Positions 10,811-22,789 of a stretch of 64,000 nt of DNA are shown piece by piece. Made by a program: the position numbers and the translations under genes. The first letter of the stretch is position 1. The number at the start of each line of letters is the position of its first letter. The stretch spans positions 16,616,001 through 16,680,000 of the forward strand of contig CM060733.1 of NCBI GenBank assembly GCA_030704615.1. The letters run 5' to 3'. This DNA comes from Takakia lepidozioides (lineage: Eukaryota; Plantae; Bryophyta). Below the pieces are notes generated by a model, which worked only from the letters and a program-made list of their open reading frames with translations, did no database searches and had not been told where the DNA came from.

Positions 10811-12010
10811 ATGAATGAGGAGATGGGCAATTCGGCCTACTCCTTGCGCAACTCTCAAAATCCTATATGTGATCCTGCTGGTCACTCCCAAACTATGGAG
10901 GACATGGGGATTTTGGGATCCACAGTGAAGGTGGCAGTGGCTGAGCTGCACCTTCAAGATGTGGCATCGTCTAGCAATGCCCACGAATTTGGATATGGCA
11001 CTGTGGTAGACAAGGCATGGGACATCCTGAATGGTATAGAGAATTATACTGTCTCTTTTTTTGGTGTCCTTGGAGTTCACGTGGTATTGTCACAGTCATG
11101 TGTTGTGTGTAATCTTGATGATTCAATGTTGTGCACTATCCCTGAGCTCTTGGGGTTGGATTCTGAAGCCGAATTGCCTGAGGGGGAAGTAGATGATAGT
11201 GAATCAGATTCTGATTGTGACTATAATCCAGAAGACGATGACCTTGTTGACATCGACAATCTTGACTTGATGGACTACTGTGTGGACACGGGGAATCCAG
11301 CGCGTGAGGTGGGATTATATGATTTGCCGCCCAATTGGGAGCAGTGGGGTCCTGCTGAGTTGTTTGGTGATGACATGTGGAACTCTCTGCTACTGAATTG
11401 CCAGACATTACATGGTTAGGTGGGGATTCGGGTCCTCGTTTGCCTTTTGAGATTCAGCAAATCCAGTTGACTTTTCAATTTGTTTTGGCCACTGTCGGTC
11501 ATGCGCCGAATTTGCAGCATGACCAACTTGTATGCCAGGACAGAAAACCAAAATGGAAACCTGAAAGGAGGTAGATGGTGGTACCCTATCACCATCCGTG
11601 AATTGAAGGCTTGGCTTGCTATTCACATGCTCATGGGAATCAAAAAAATTGCCTAGTACTAGATTGTATTGGAAAGCCAACAATGCCTTCTTCAATTGCC
11701 CTTCCAACATGCGTATTATGTCCCGCAACCGATGGGAGGCAATTCTGAGGTGCCTCCACCTTGTTGACAACAGGGATGTATGCACTATTGACACTGACCC
11801 TGCTTTTGATAAGTTAGCTAAAACCAGGTGGTTGCTAGATGCACTAAATGGTTTGTATGTCTACATGAGCCCCGAGCAGAATTTGACTGTGGATGAGCAA
11901 ATGATGAAGTACAAGGGCAAGTATGCCCGAATCCAGCAATAACTGAGCAAAAAGCCCGTGAAGTGGGGTCTGAAGGTGTGGTGTTTGTGTGGTGCATGTT
12001 CCAAATATGA
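10811..12010 (+). pseudogene. piggyBac transposase, N-terminal half (frameshifted)
   Basis: Acidic N-terminus DDSESDSDCDYNPEDDD, ELKAWLAIHMLMG, MSRNRWEAILRCLHLVDN, LTVDEQMMKYKG, KPVKWGLKVWCLC. Contains stops and frameshifts. Confidence 0.88.
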
Positions 12011-13596
12011 GAGCAAGCAAAAATCGCTGCAGAATCAGACCCCACCTCCTGCGCAGCCAAAAATTGCAACCCTAACCAAAATTTAAAAAAACATATTCGC
12101 ACATTGGAATCCTGACTGCCATGTGGCTAGCATCCCACCCTCCAAAAATCAGGTTAATCGGTTAAAATCCGAGAAAAACAGAGCCGAAAAACCAAAACAT
12201 TCGGTCGAAAACAGGTCGAATGGGCGCTTAGGGGTTAAAGTAATGCCCAGTTTGGTCCCGAGTTTGGACCTCTAACTTGTGTTTCATCCCCAGTTTGAGT
12301 GCAGACGGTAAAGTCAGCAAAATTGGGCATGAGTTTGTGAAAATTGGGCATGAGTCTCGCAGCCGCTGCACTTTCTCACGCCCGTGCATTGATCTCGCAG
12401 CTTGTTGCTCTCAGGTCGCTCGGTGTCACGGGGCATTTTGCTCGGCAAAACCCAAACTAGGTATAAAACTAGTTTGACCACCAGTTTTGGTGCTCAAACT
12501 AGTTTCATCCCGTGTTTTTCCTTTGTATGAGTTTGGTCCCCAATTTCTTAGCTCGTCCCCACTTTTGGCCAAACTGGGGGTATTCGTCCCCAATTTTTGG
12601 CACTTTACGGATAACTTTAATATGCGAGCAAATTTTGTAACCAATTTGTTTACAGTGAATGATGATTTGGTGGAGGGGAATGTACCTTGACCTTAGTGTA
12701 GAGGAAACTATGTGTAGATGTCTTGCAAATCTGCATATTGAAAATGAGGATATCCCTTATCTCAATGTGGTGGATAGAGAGATCATGAGGACTAGCGAGG
12801 GTGATGAATATGATGACATTGTCGAGTCCATGCAAGGGTCTTTCGAAGTTACATGGAGCTATCGCAAATAGATTGCGATTTGTAGGAAGTTATTTCCGCA
12901 CGCATATATTTGTATTGATTGTTGTTCAAAGAAATTTTGATCTTATTACAAACAACATCAGAAGAGGCTTGCAAGTTTTTGGGTGGAATTTTTGGGCATT
13001 AGGCACTTTGGTCCCATAATTTCCCAACAATTAGGCCAAAATCTGAAAAATTCACATAATTGATTAGGCACTTTCATTAAGAATTAATTATCGCCTAATC
13101 CGTTGTCCAGGAAGGGTACCACGAGTTTAAGTAGCAACTTAAACTTATGTAGGATATCTAGTGTGGACGACCGTTGGACTGGTATGTCCATTTTTTAATA
13201 CCAGACCAATCCTTGTATCAAGGGTCCCACCCTTTTTTCATTATAAGTATCTATATAGACTTGGGTACGAATCTGGTATGAAGCTGGTATGAATATTTGT
13301 ATTTTGGCTGTATATGAGTATGGTACTGATATCGTTCTCTTCTTTTTGATACTGGGGGTATATGAGCACTGGTATGGTATTCATCCACATTAATATCTCG
13401 CGTGATGTGGAAAACCATTTTTGAGACTCGATCACTAAGCTCGCTGATCTCCTGGAATCCACATCATATGTCATGATGTCAAAAACCATTTATGAGATTG
13501 ATCACTAAACTCGTAATATCTTAGTGTTGATCTCCTGGAAACAGATTTAGATATAATTTAAGGTTTATGGTTATTGGATACCGTTATTTAGTCCTC

Positions 13597-14222
13597 CAGT
13601 CAAACCTGGATAAATGTTATGCTCCAAGAGTAGAAACTCTATATAGTTAGGCAGTTATATCAAATAACAGGTTGAAATTTCATAACGATAAGAAATTTAA
13701 CATTAAAACAAGTTCTTCAGATGCAAGATAACATTTAGAGAGAGGGCAGAAAATATGACATAATATCTCTCTGCCGGGAGTTCGTCTACTTAGCAAGATG
13801 CAATTCTTTCTCCATGGAGATACAAATGAACCGATTCTATAGCCCTTTTGACCTCAGAGTAAGGTACATCCGAGGCTACTACTTCTTCTTCATGTCCTCA
13901 TGCGGTAGCCTACCAGGAGGTTCTCAAGTTCCTAGAGGCCCCCCAAACCCTAACAGGCGGCTCTCCTGGCCATTTCAATAGTTCAAATGCCCATTTCAAT
14001 AGTGAATTTGAATTTGAATACTAGTACCATTTTATTATTATTATTATATCAAATATAACAATTACAGAGGTGTCTTAACAAAGAGGAGAGCAGGTATTCA
14101 ATAACAAATAACAAATAACACTCTTTTTGTCATTCTTAGTGTATATTTTTACAGTGTAAGAAAACCATAACATTTAGGATGATATAACAAAAAAAGAGGT
14201 AACATTTATCCAGGTTTGACTG
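13597..14222. mobile_element. pogo/Tc1-mariner-like MITE (Emigrant/Lemi1-like TIR)
   Basis: Perfect 23-bp TIR CAGTCAAACCTGGATAAATGTTA at 13597-13619 and 14200-14222. TA on the right flank; left flank is TC. Confidence 0.82.
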
Positions 14223-15850
14223 TAGATCTTAGTACCTGGATCATTAATTTGTAACAGGTTGCAGCTGCCTATTAAAGCTGCACAGATCATCGAGCTTGTA
14301 CATGCGGTATTTCCATGGCCATATTCATCCCTAGCTCTGTCCACCATAAATTTGCCGCAATACTGGTATCGTGACCACAGTGCACTTGCGCTTACCCAGA
14401 CTGGTATGGTATGTGTGGGGGGAAATAATAAAAATATGCTCCCCCGGTATGTGTATCACATGGGTACACCTGTTCTTTCATTATGTTCTTCAATATATAT
14501 ATTCATACCTATATTCCATACCTAGGTTCAACCAGGTATATCTGTCCAACACTGGTGTGGACCTGGAGTCTTCCCCTTCCATGTTATTGTGATCAGTTTT
14601 TAAAATGCAAATTGCAAAATTGTAAGTTGAGGGTGACCAAACCAAAGCATAATATAAGGGTTAACTTAGTTGTTGGATGGCCTGCCCCAAGATTCTCGAC
14701 AGACCGTCTATTTAGTATGGGTCGAAAAAGACAGCATTCTGTCGTTGCTCAGACACTTGTGTTATAGAGAATAATATAATAATATAATATGCAACTGTAC
14801 AATAATATTATTATATTCACCAAGTCTCTGTGACTGATTTGTACTAAAGCATCAAAACTCATGTGGTTCATGAAAGTACAGAATTTACTTGCAATCCATC
14901 CTACAACATTTCTGCTATTTAATAATGTTACTTCATACATGAAATGACAAAATAGATCATTTTTTATAGCCTCATATGTCGTAAGTAAGTCATCGCCCAT
15001 CCAAGGATAAAAAAAGAACCAGATAAAGGTCTTTAGCAAATAGAAACATGATTGTTTGGTGGAAAACACGGATTATAGCATTATAATAATATACATTAGC
15101 ATCAATTTGTATTTTGGGTGTTGCCGGGGAAGGGTAGGCGGGTTTGGCAACACTTGCAGCTCCGCAGGCTCGGTTTACTTGAGCGCAAAACAACGTTTTC
15201 GACACTCTTTGAATATCTACAGAATATATTCAGACAATATGAAAAATATTCTCACACAGGGATACTCTTTGTTTGGGAAAATGAAAGGTGCAGCGAAAGC
15301 AGGCGTCAACAATTATTTGGGGAGTTCGATCTCTCCTGGCCAAGGGCGGCCTCCTCTGCACCGGGGTCTCTAACTCTCGAGTCACTTGGCGTGATACAAT
15401 CCCCCGAGAATGGCAAGTCACCAGCTGAATCGGAGGGCATTGACATCAATTGGAAGCATCTCAGTTTGCGAGCTGCCAAGTCCAAAGTGCGGGGTCTGAT
15501 TTCTTAAAGTTGCAGAATCTTACAGTCTCAGAGCCCCATTATCGCATCAATCCACATCACAATGATGCTTGTCTCTAGTTCTCCCCTGAGCCTTGTTGGC
15601 TCCAGACTTTTTTGCAACCCCTCTCAGTTTAGGCTGTCTCCTGCCCTGCTGTTACCCCTCCTCCCTCTAAGTGCGCGTAGTTCCCCATGCGTAACACCTT
15701 TACGGCCCCTTTGGAGGTTATTTTTTTCCTCCCTCTTTTGTGATGTTTTGACCCTTCAATAAAATTTTCCAGGGCTCTGTCCCCAGTTCCATTTTTTTTT
15801 TTAAAAAATATACTCTTTTGTTCCCGTGAGCATAAGCAATCCAATATTCA

Positions 15851-16120
15851 CCCTTAAACGCCCAGTGGATGTAGTTGACTTTTCTTAATAATGAGACCCT
15901 TATAGTAAAAAATAAAAAATGAGAATTCTCCCAAAAAATGAGAAGTTTCAAATTTTGGCCGCACATTATGTGCTAAACTATAAACTACCTCATTGAGTGA
16001 TGTGCAAAATCTGGAGGCAATGGGTTCAAATCTGGAAAATCTCCACCGTTGAGTGTGGGGCTCATATTTGGCCCCCTAGTAAGAAAAATGAGGTTGGAGT
16101 CGGTAAATTGATTGACGGGA
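15851..16120. mobile_element. Second, diverged piggyBac terminus
   Basis: TTCA|CCCTTAAACGCCCAGTG..AGTTGACTTTT, AAAAATGAGAAT and CCACCGTTGAGTGTGGGG are colinear with 8398-8620. No partner terminus found. Confidence 0.7.
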
Positions 16121-16730
16121 TGACATTCTTTTCAGCTGAATCTGCTCCCAGTCCATCCCCTTGGGATACTTCACCCAACAAGTGAAAACCGAGGAATTTG
16201 GCCAAGCAATGTGAGCGTCACACTTGGTCAAAGTAGGGGTAGACAACAATAACAATGCACCCAGTCCCTATGTTTTGCATGCATAATTGAATTAGCAGGC
16301 GGATCTACTTCTATATGTCACACACTTAACCTCTAGAGCTGTACTGCATGAGTGGGAACACAAGGAGGAATCATTTCCAACTTGTGTGCCCCACTTGGGC
16401 CGGGATGACATTCTTTTTAGCTGACTGCTCCCAATCCACCCCCTTGGGATACTTCATCCAACAAGTGAAAACCCAGGAATTTGGCCAAGCAATGTGAGCG
16501 TGACGCCGGGTCAAAGTAGGGGTAGACAACAACAACAATGCACCCAGTCCCTATGTTTTGCATGCATAATTGAATTAGCGGGCGGATCTACTTCTATATG
16601 TCACACACTCAACCTCTAGAGCTGAATTGCATGAGTGGGATTTGAACCCATGGAACTTTCCCAATTGACAGTTCATGCATGAGAACACAAGGAGGGAATC
16701 CTTTCCAACTTGTGTGCACCCCCACTTAGG
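16117..16730. repeat. Imperfect tandem duplication, about 285-bp unit x2
   Basis: GGGATGACATTCTTTT...GAGGAATTTGGCCAAGCAATGTGAGCG...AACCTCTAGAGCTG occurs from 16117 and again from about 16402. Confidence 0.85.
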
Positions 16731-17350
16731 CCAGGGGACTAACACCTATCTACCTACGACCTAAAAATCATATAGCACAATACCACAATTGGCATGATTT
16801 CATTCGTTTATAGATATTGATAAAATATTCCCATTACATCTGTCTTGATCTAATTTGAAACTTAATTGCAAGTATGATTCAGTGCTAAGCATCAAAACCC
16901 TTGGCGTAGTGCCTTAGAAAGGGAGAGCCAAGAAAACAAATAAACAAAACCAAACAAACAAATTATGTTGCTTAATATATTGATATGTATTTATTTACAT
17001 GCACTTCTATATAACTACATATTAAGTGCATATAATATGTACTGACTTATTTCAGATTAGTAGGCTTGGCCACTTTTACAATGAGTGTTTTGGAATCTTG
17101 AATTTTGAATTTTCTTGAATTTTCTATTAAATAAAGTAAATGATTACTATAATGCTAGATATCTCTTCCTAAGTGTATTATTTCGTATGTATTTCCCCAA
17201 TTTTGGAAGTTGACTCATATGTGTTTTTTAGTGCTTTCTATTATTGAAAAAATATATTGACCTAGTATTGTCGAAGTAATTCACCCCCAATGGGCTTTAA
17301 TACTACCTTTAGTTTGGAAGGCGAGGGCTGAATGAAGTGGTTGACCAAAC

Positions 17351-18410
17351 CAGTGTTGATACCCTTAGGGTATAAGTAAATTATTTTTGTCAAATCATTT
17401 ACCCTCCGGGTATGGATAAATTGAAATCTCAAAATATTATTTACCCTCCGGGTATGGGTAAATTAACTTTTCAGATCTCTATATAACCCCCGGGTATGGA
17501 TATATATGCCAAAATATACCCTGAGGGTATGAATAGTTTCCGGGTATGGATAATTATTTCAATTAATATATAATTTAATGGTTCCAAAGAATATATGATG
17601 TTCTTCAGTATGTACAAAACACAGAAAAAACAATCTACGGTACGAGAGAAAATTGATAAGATATTGCATAATATTTTGGTGTTAATTTCCAATGCAAGAT
17701 GGAGGAGGTTTGAGAATCGGCCTGTAGCAGCTGGTAAGTGCACAGTGTGTGTCGCTCTGGTGGTTCGGGGTTCAAACCCGCTGCCCTGCCCCGTGCGTGG
17801 GATTGTTCGTGATGGTATGTCTGGGCGTTGATCGTCCAGTAGGTCTCATGGCCCATAAATGAAAGGGGGTTAATCTTTCCCCCTCCTCAAGGGCCTGAAT
17901 TGTGGGCAGTCGCTCCCAGGTTTCCTTGAAAATAATAATAAATAAATCCCACCCTCAAGGACCTAAATTGTGGGCTGTCAGGTTTCCTTTTATATATATA
18001 TGCGAGATCTGAAGAGGTATTGTTTGGGTTATATGACATTTTAAGAATGATATATATGTAGCATTTGTTTTAGTTGTGATTGGAGCTTTCTTATAGCTCA
18101 AGGCTCCCTAACAACACAACAAAAAGAGAAGAGACCTAGCACATAAAGGCTATGAAGGCAAATAAAGGCCCTTATATACCCTGATTAGATATACCCTTCA
18201 TTTTGACATATACCCTTCAGAAAAGTAGGGTATATTCAGCATCTTGATGCAGGGTAAATATAAGGATAAGGGTATATCATAAAAATATACCCTGATATAA
18301 GGGTATACATCCGGGTACCTAAAGTTGCCACACCAGGGTATATATATATCAATATACCCTGATATACCCGCCGGGTATATCAGGGTAATTCATATACCCG
18401 CCCAACACTG
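17351..18410. mobile_element. Non-autonomous hAT element
   Basis: TIR CAGTGTTG / CAACACTG. Perfect 8-bp TSD GACCAAAC (17343-17350, 18411-18418). Many subterminal TACCC/GGGTA repeats. Confidence 0.9.
17711..17947 (+). mobile_element. Probable tRNA-derived SINE nested in the hAT element
   Basis: A-box-like TAGCAGCTGG (17725) and B-box GGTTCAAACC (17769-17778), GC-rich body, AAT-rich tail. A partial second copy of the tail at about 17949-18001. Confidence 0.55.
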
Positions 18411-18636
18411 GACCAAACCTCCGCAGGCACAAATAAGTTAATGGATTTTGCTTGCCCATTGCAGCTATTCTACGATTAGAAAGCAAAACGTTTGTCCAAC
18501 TTCCACGTGGCTGATTGACCTCTTCACACGGGTTAGTCTATCCAATGGGAAGGGAAGCTGATAAGGCCCTTCCACCATTTAAGAATGCGTGAATGAGGGC
18601 GGTAGCCCGAGTAGGGCCAAGCTGCCATTCATGATC

Positions 18637-18903
18637 GGCGGAAAAAAAAACCAACCTACCCCTTCATGGGCCCCCAAAATTGTCATCTTATGAATTTCGT
18701 AAGGCCCTAGGTGTCTTATGCTGGCGTAAGGTGCGTCCTCCTATCAGGATGGAATTTCTCGTCTGAGAAGGGCGAAAAAAAACCAACCTACCCCTTCATG
18801 GGCCCCCAAAATCGTCATTTTATGAATTTCGTAAGGCCCTAGGTGTCTTATGCTGGCGTAAGGTGCGTCCTCCAGTCAGGATGGAATTTCTCGTCTAAGA
18901 AGG
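18637..18903. repeat. Tandem duplication, about 133 bp x2
   Basis: GGCG(G)AAAAAAAACCAACCTACCCCTTCATGGGCCCCC...GGAATTTCTCGTCT.AGAAG repeated back to back. Confidence 0.92.
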
Positions 18904-19589
18904 TAAGGATTTTAACAAGCCTCAAACGACAGTGGGCTCTCTTGATTTGGCAAAACATAAGAGGAAGGTAAGACTATGGAGCATGATTTAGCACAACACA
19001 CCAATCGGTGCCTTCACATGGTGTAAGGTCCTAATTTGACCACATTTTCTCTGTTGACTTGAACATGATGCGTAGTCTCTCTATACAATGTAGCCAACAA
19101 ATGGAATTTCTAGGTGTTGGGAGGGAGCTGGTTGATCCTCACCAAAATGGCGGTTCTAAGTTGTTCCATGGTCAACCAATGATCCCCATTTTGTAGTTGG
19201 GCGGTGGATGAGTCGATGGGGCGTTGAACCCACCAGTGGGCCACCTTCCTTTGGGGACGTGTACAATCAATATTTTACTACTAAATTATTACAATATTTT
19301 ATTATAAATTGGGTTGGCTATAATGAATGCCCCGTGAAGCAACCTTCAGCCCTATGTTGCTGGGCCATTGCAATCTATAAATACATTTCTTTTTCAACAT
19401 TTTGTACAAAGATAAACCAAACAAAAGGGCACAGACACTACATTTGTGAGGGACTTAATGTAATATAAACAATCTGTCCGAGCTTTCCAGATTTCCTCTA
19501 GAAAGCCAATCAAACAAGTATCAATATGTCGTGTGGGATTTGTCCAACAGTAGACCCCAACAAGGCTAGAGCTTTAAGCTCAGCTACAA

Positions 19590-20480
19590 GATTTTGAGAG
19601 CAACTTGGTGAACACAGGTGCAAAGACTATGTTTTCTTGATGGTCATGCAGAGGGTTGCTCTTTGATTAAACTACCCAGGATCGGATTTTGTGAAATGGA
19701 GGCTGCTAGCATGTTAGACATGCACACTCTCATTTTCCTCTCTGCATCTGTTTATTATTCAAAGTTAGATTCCCCACCCTGAGTTTTAATTTAAGTCTAG
19801 TGCCAAGGGTAGGTACGCCATTCACAAGAAAGAGGTTGTGGTGACCTGCATAGTTGATTTTGGAGATCAATTATTGCTAGGCCTTTACTAGATTGCTAGA
19901 ACTGGTGCCACCATCAATCTGGCAGACTACTCCTTTCGCTTTAACAATGGTGAGGGCCATGAGATAGTTGTACCCTTGAAGACAATGAAACTCAGGGCTG
20001 GGTCAGCTATTGCCAATCTCTCCAGAGTGCAGGCCCTGGTAAAAGAGGTTTAACAAAACTCTCACTCCAACCTCAATTGGAATGAATTTTACAAATTTCA
20101 GCCTGATCTTTAGCTTTAGTATCAATGGCATGTTCCTAGTGCTGGTGGCAGGACAGGGGTGCTTATAGCTATTCCCAGAAATTCTACCCTGATTTGTACA
20201 CTTGTCAACATCACCATTCCTGCCATGACCCAGAAAGTGGTTAAATCTGGCCTAGCCTTCCTGTGTCCAACTGCTCATTTTCTTGAAGTTGAAGGTTGGA
20301 TGAAACTCACTGCCCTCAAACATTGCCTGGTGGCTACTGGTATTATAGATAGAGTTTATAGGCAGGAAGTCAAGATTTTAATTGTTAATATGGAGAGCGT
20401 TTTCCTGTGACTATTAAAAAGAGGCAGGTCCTGGCTTGCATCACTGCCCAGGCCTACCCATTGCTGAAATACAAGAAGTA
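19590..20480 (+). pseudogene. Decayed retroelement fragment: aspartic protease followed by dUTPase
   Basis: LVNTGA (about 19605, for LVDTGA) and QLLLGLY*IARTGATINL (about 19868). Then DLY, ITIPAMTQKVVKSGLA, GIIDRVYRQEVKILIVN and FPVTIKKRQVLA, in dUTPase motif order. Confidence 0.55.
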
Positions 20481-20702
20481 CGAGTTGGCTTTGGGCTGGA
20501 GGTCATAGGCATTCAACATGGTCTTATGGATGCTGTTGTTGCTTTTGCTGCAATTGCACTGTTAGAGGGTTGTGTGGGACTTAGACAGTTTTACGGGTTC
20601 TGTGGGGTACCCTTAATTTTACACAGACTTATGGATGGTAGACTCATACCAACATAAGCCTTAGGGGTGACAGACACAGGCCTTAGGGGTGGTAGGCAGG
20701 CT

Positions 20703-20876
20703 CACACAGTCAGTCACAGCCTTACACAGCCTATCACAGCCTATCACAGTCTATCACAGTCAGTCACAACCTATCACAGTCTATCACAGCCCGACACAGC
20801 CAGTCACAGTCTGACACGGCCAGTCACAGCTCGGCACAGTCACAGCCCGACACAGCTTGGCACAGCCCGTCACAGC
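20703..20876. repeat. Degenerate minisatellite built on CACAG(C/T), 9-10 bp period
   Basis: CACAGCCTAT, CACAGTCTAT and CACAGTCAGT variants in tandem. Confidence 0.85.
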
Positions 20877-21438
20877 GTTCACATAGAACGGTTATCATTG
20901 GCAGGGAACGACTGTGTGGGAACGACATCTGCAGAGGGAACGTGCATTCTGTTTTCGATGACAGTTAGTTAGTTAGGCGGTTAGAACAGCTTGCAGGTAG
21001 AATAGGCAAAGTAGCGACATGGAGAGGGGGACTTCGGAGATCATTTTTTGTCACTTCTGGGATCACTTCTTGGACATCACTTGAGGAGATCAGGCGGAGA
21101 ACACGATCTTGGAGCACAGGGATGGAGATTACACAGAGGAGGAGATACGATGAGATGATGATTGATTCATGCAAGCTGTAGAGATGCACTGTAGAGCAGA
21201 TTAGAGACACCAGGGCTTCGGCCTGATACATGATAGATATTAATATGAATCCTATTTCATATTCACACCGTGTAGAGAGATATGAGTGAAGCTGTGGAAT
21301 GAATGCATGAGTAGTTGGAACATAGTAGATTGCAGAAGCAATCTGATACTTAATCATAGACAGTAAGGTAAATTGCTAACATGAATGCGAGAAGGAATAC
21401 AAATAAGAAGCACCCCCATGATACACTAGTTGTAGGTC

Positions 21439-22128
21439 ATGACTGATTATTCTGAGCGGACTGAGTACTTAGAGATTTCCAACTCTTCTATCTTGGAGTT
21501 TCCACCTCGAATAGCTAAGGGATGGGTGAGTAAAAGCCGCTCGACATTTGGCGACCATACTGGGGAACTGAGTCAAGAACAACCAGATGTGACAGGCATT
21601 TGGTGGGATCATGGTAGATGGAGAATCAAGGAATTTGATGTGAATCAAATTCCTTGTGAAACTAAGAAAGAAAGATTGTCTAAACAATTCTTTCAGAGGT
21701 TCTTGGAATTGTCAGACTGTTGGAAGGAAAACATTCTTAAGAGAGTGCATGATGTTGATCCAGAGTGGGGTTTAGAGAAAGGAGTGATAAAGATTTATCA
21801 AGTGGCTTGTAGAGGGAGAGCAAGTTGGTTACCAACACTAATTTATGTGATAGCATTGCTATCCATTAAACAAGTGGAGTTTGAAAGCTGGGAGGAACGG
21901 AAGGTGAATGTTTACACTCACATGCATGAAGAACTTGAACTGGTAAAGAATTGGATTCCTAAGGATATCTTGTGGATCAAACTTACACCAGCTTTTCAGA
22001 CGTGCTTGCCATATGGTTATATGGTAACGGAGCCTTCTAGTATAGCCAAGGGTGCATTAAAGCTTGAAAGAAATCTAGGCATATACGAGAGATACTACAT
22101 AAGAGAGTTTTGGTTATTGCCTCATTAA
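21439..22128 (+). CDS. Unassigned 229-aa Trp-rich ORF, probably transposon-borne
   Basis: ATG-initiated, stop-free for 690 nt amid decayed TE sequence, with protein-like composition. No recognised domain. Confidence 0.35.
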   Translation: MTDYSERTEYLEISNSSILEFPPRIAKGWVSKSRSTFGDHTGELSQEQPDVTGIWWDHGRWRIKEFDVNQIPCETKKERLSKQFFQRFLELSDCWKENILKRVHDVDPEWGLEKGVIKIYQVACRGRASWLPTLIYVIALLSIKQVEFESWEERKVNVYTHMHEELELVKNWIPKDILWIKLTPAFQTCLPYGYMVTEPSSIAKGALKLERNLGIYERYYIREFWLLPH

Positions 22129-22789
22129 AGATATGAAAGACATGGGACATGAGTGATGAAAGGGAAGCTAGACTCCACAGATATTCAGTGAAAAATGAAA
22201 GTTATTTGAAAACTAATTATCCTATCTCTGGGAGAGAGGAATAGACATAGGGGAATCATCTGGACCTCTCACACCATTAAGGCTAGAGAGTACATCACCC
22301 ATACCGGAAGAACCCGAGTTGGATGCCGCTCCTTCTTATTTTTTACAAGAAAGATTAAGGGATTTGATACAGGAAGAAGATCAGCCACGAGAGGAAAGAT
22401 CTGAGGTGGTTAAAGATTGAGGCTTCTAGGTTAAAGATTAACTGGGAGAAATCAGTGGGTTTGCTGAGCCTCGTCCCTCATGGTTCTTCTGCGGTTCACT
22501 GACAGGTTTGACATACCTGGCATGTCACTAGTAACGTCACTCCACTCAATCCATGCGAGGATGATGTGCAGGTGGAGCTTGCTGCAATGGGTGGCGGGGA
22601 GGACACCCCTGCCGAGGAACATGCGCCTCGTCCTGCAGGTTTGTCACAATGTGAAGGTGCCTGCAGTCCAGCCAGCTGCAGACGCGGTGGAGGCTTCGGA
22701 GATAAGCCTCAACAACCGTCTTTTTCCCAAGCAGGCAGATATTACCCAAGAACCCACGGTTGTCACTTCCACTCCCAACCTTGATGAGA

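Larger units (their letters stand above)
8398..12234. mobile_element. piggyBac-like transposon, degenerate and internally inverted
   Basis: TIRs CCCTTAAGCGCCCA / CCCCTAAGCGCCCA (13/14), flanked by TTGA (8394-8397) and TTAA (12235-12238). DDE_Tnp_1_7-like peptides inside. Confidence 0.9.
8384..12618. mobile_element. MITE split by the piggyBac insertion
   Basis: Removing the piggyBac restores AAAGTTATCCTTAAAGT, which pairs with the reverse complement of 12602-12618 (AAAGTTATCCGTAAAGT). AAT flanks both ends (8381-8383, 12619-12621). Confidence 0.7.
8091..13118. mobile_element. Outer TIR DNA element (TA-flanked) hosting two nested insertions
   Basis: 8091-8116 TACCGTCCCTGGACAATGGATTAGGC versus reverse complement of 13093-13118 TACCCTTCCTGGACAACGGATTAGGC (23/26). 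Repeated subterminal ATTAGGC motifs near both ends. Confidence 0.75.

Noticed and set aside
15120-15160. hAT terminus (GGGTTTGGCAACACT)
   Set aside because: No partner TIR or target-site duplication found.
17719-17790. Functional tRNA gene
   Set aside because: A and B boxes are present but I could not fold a convincing cloverleaf. The continuing body and A-rich tail fit a SINE better.
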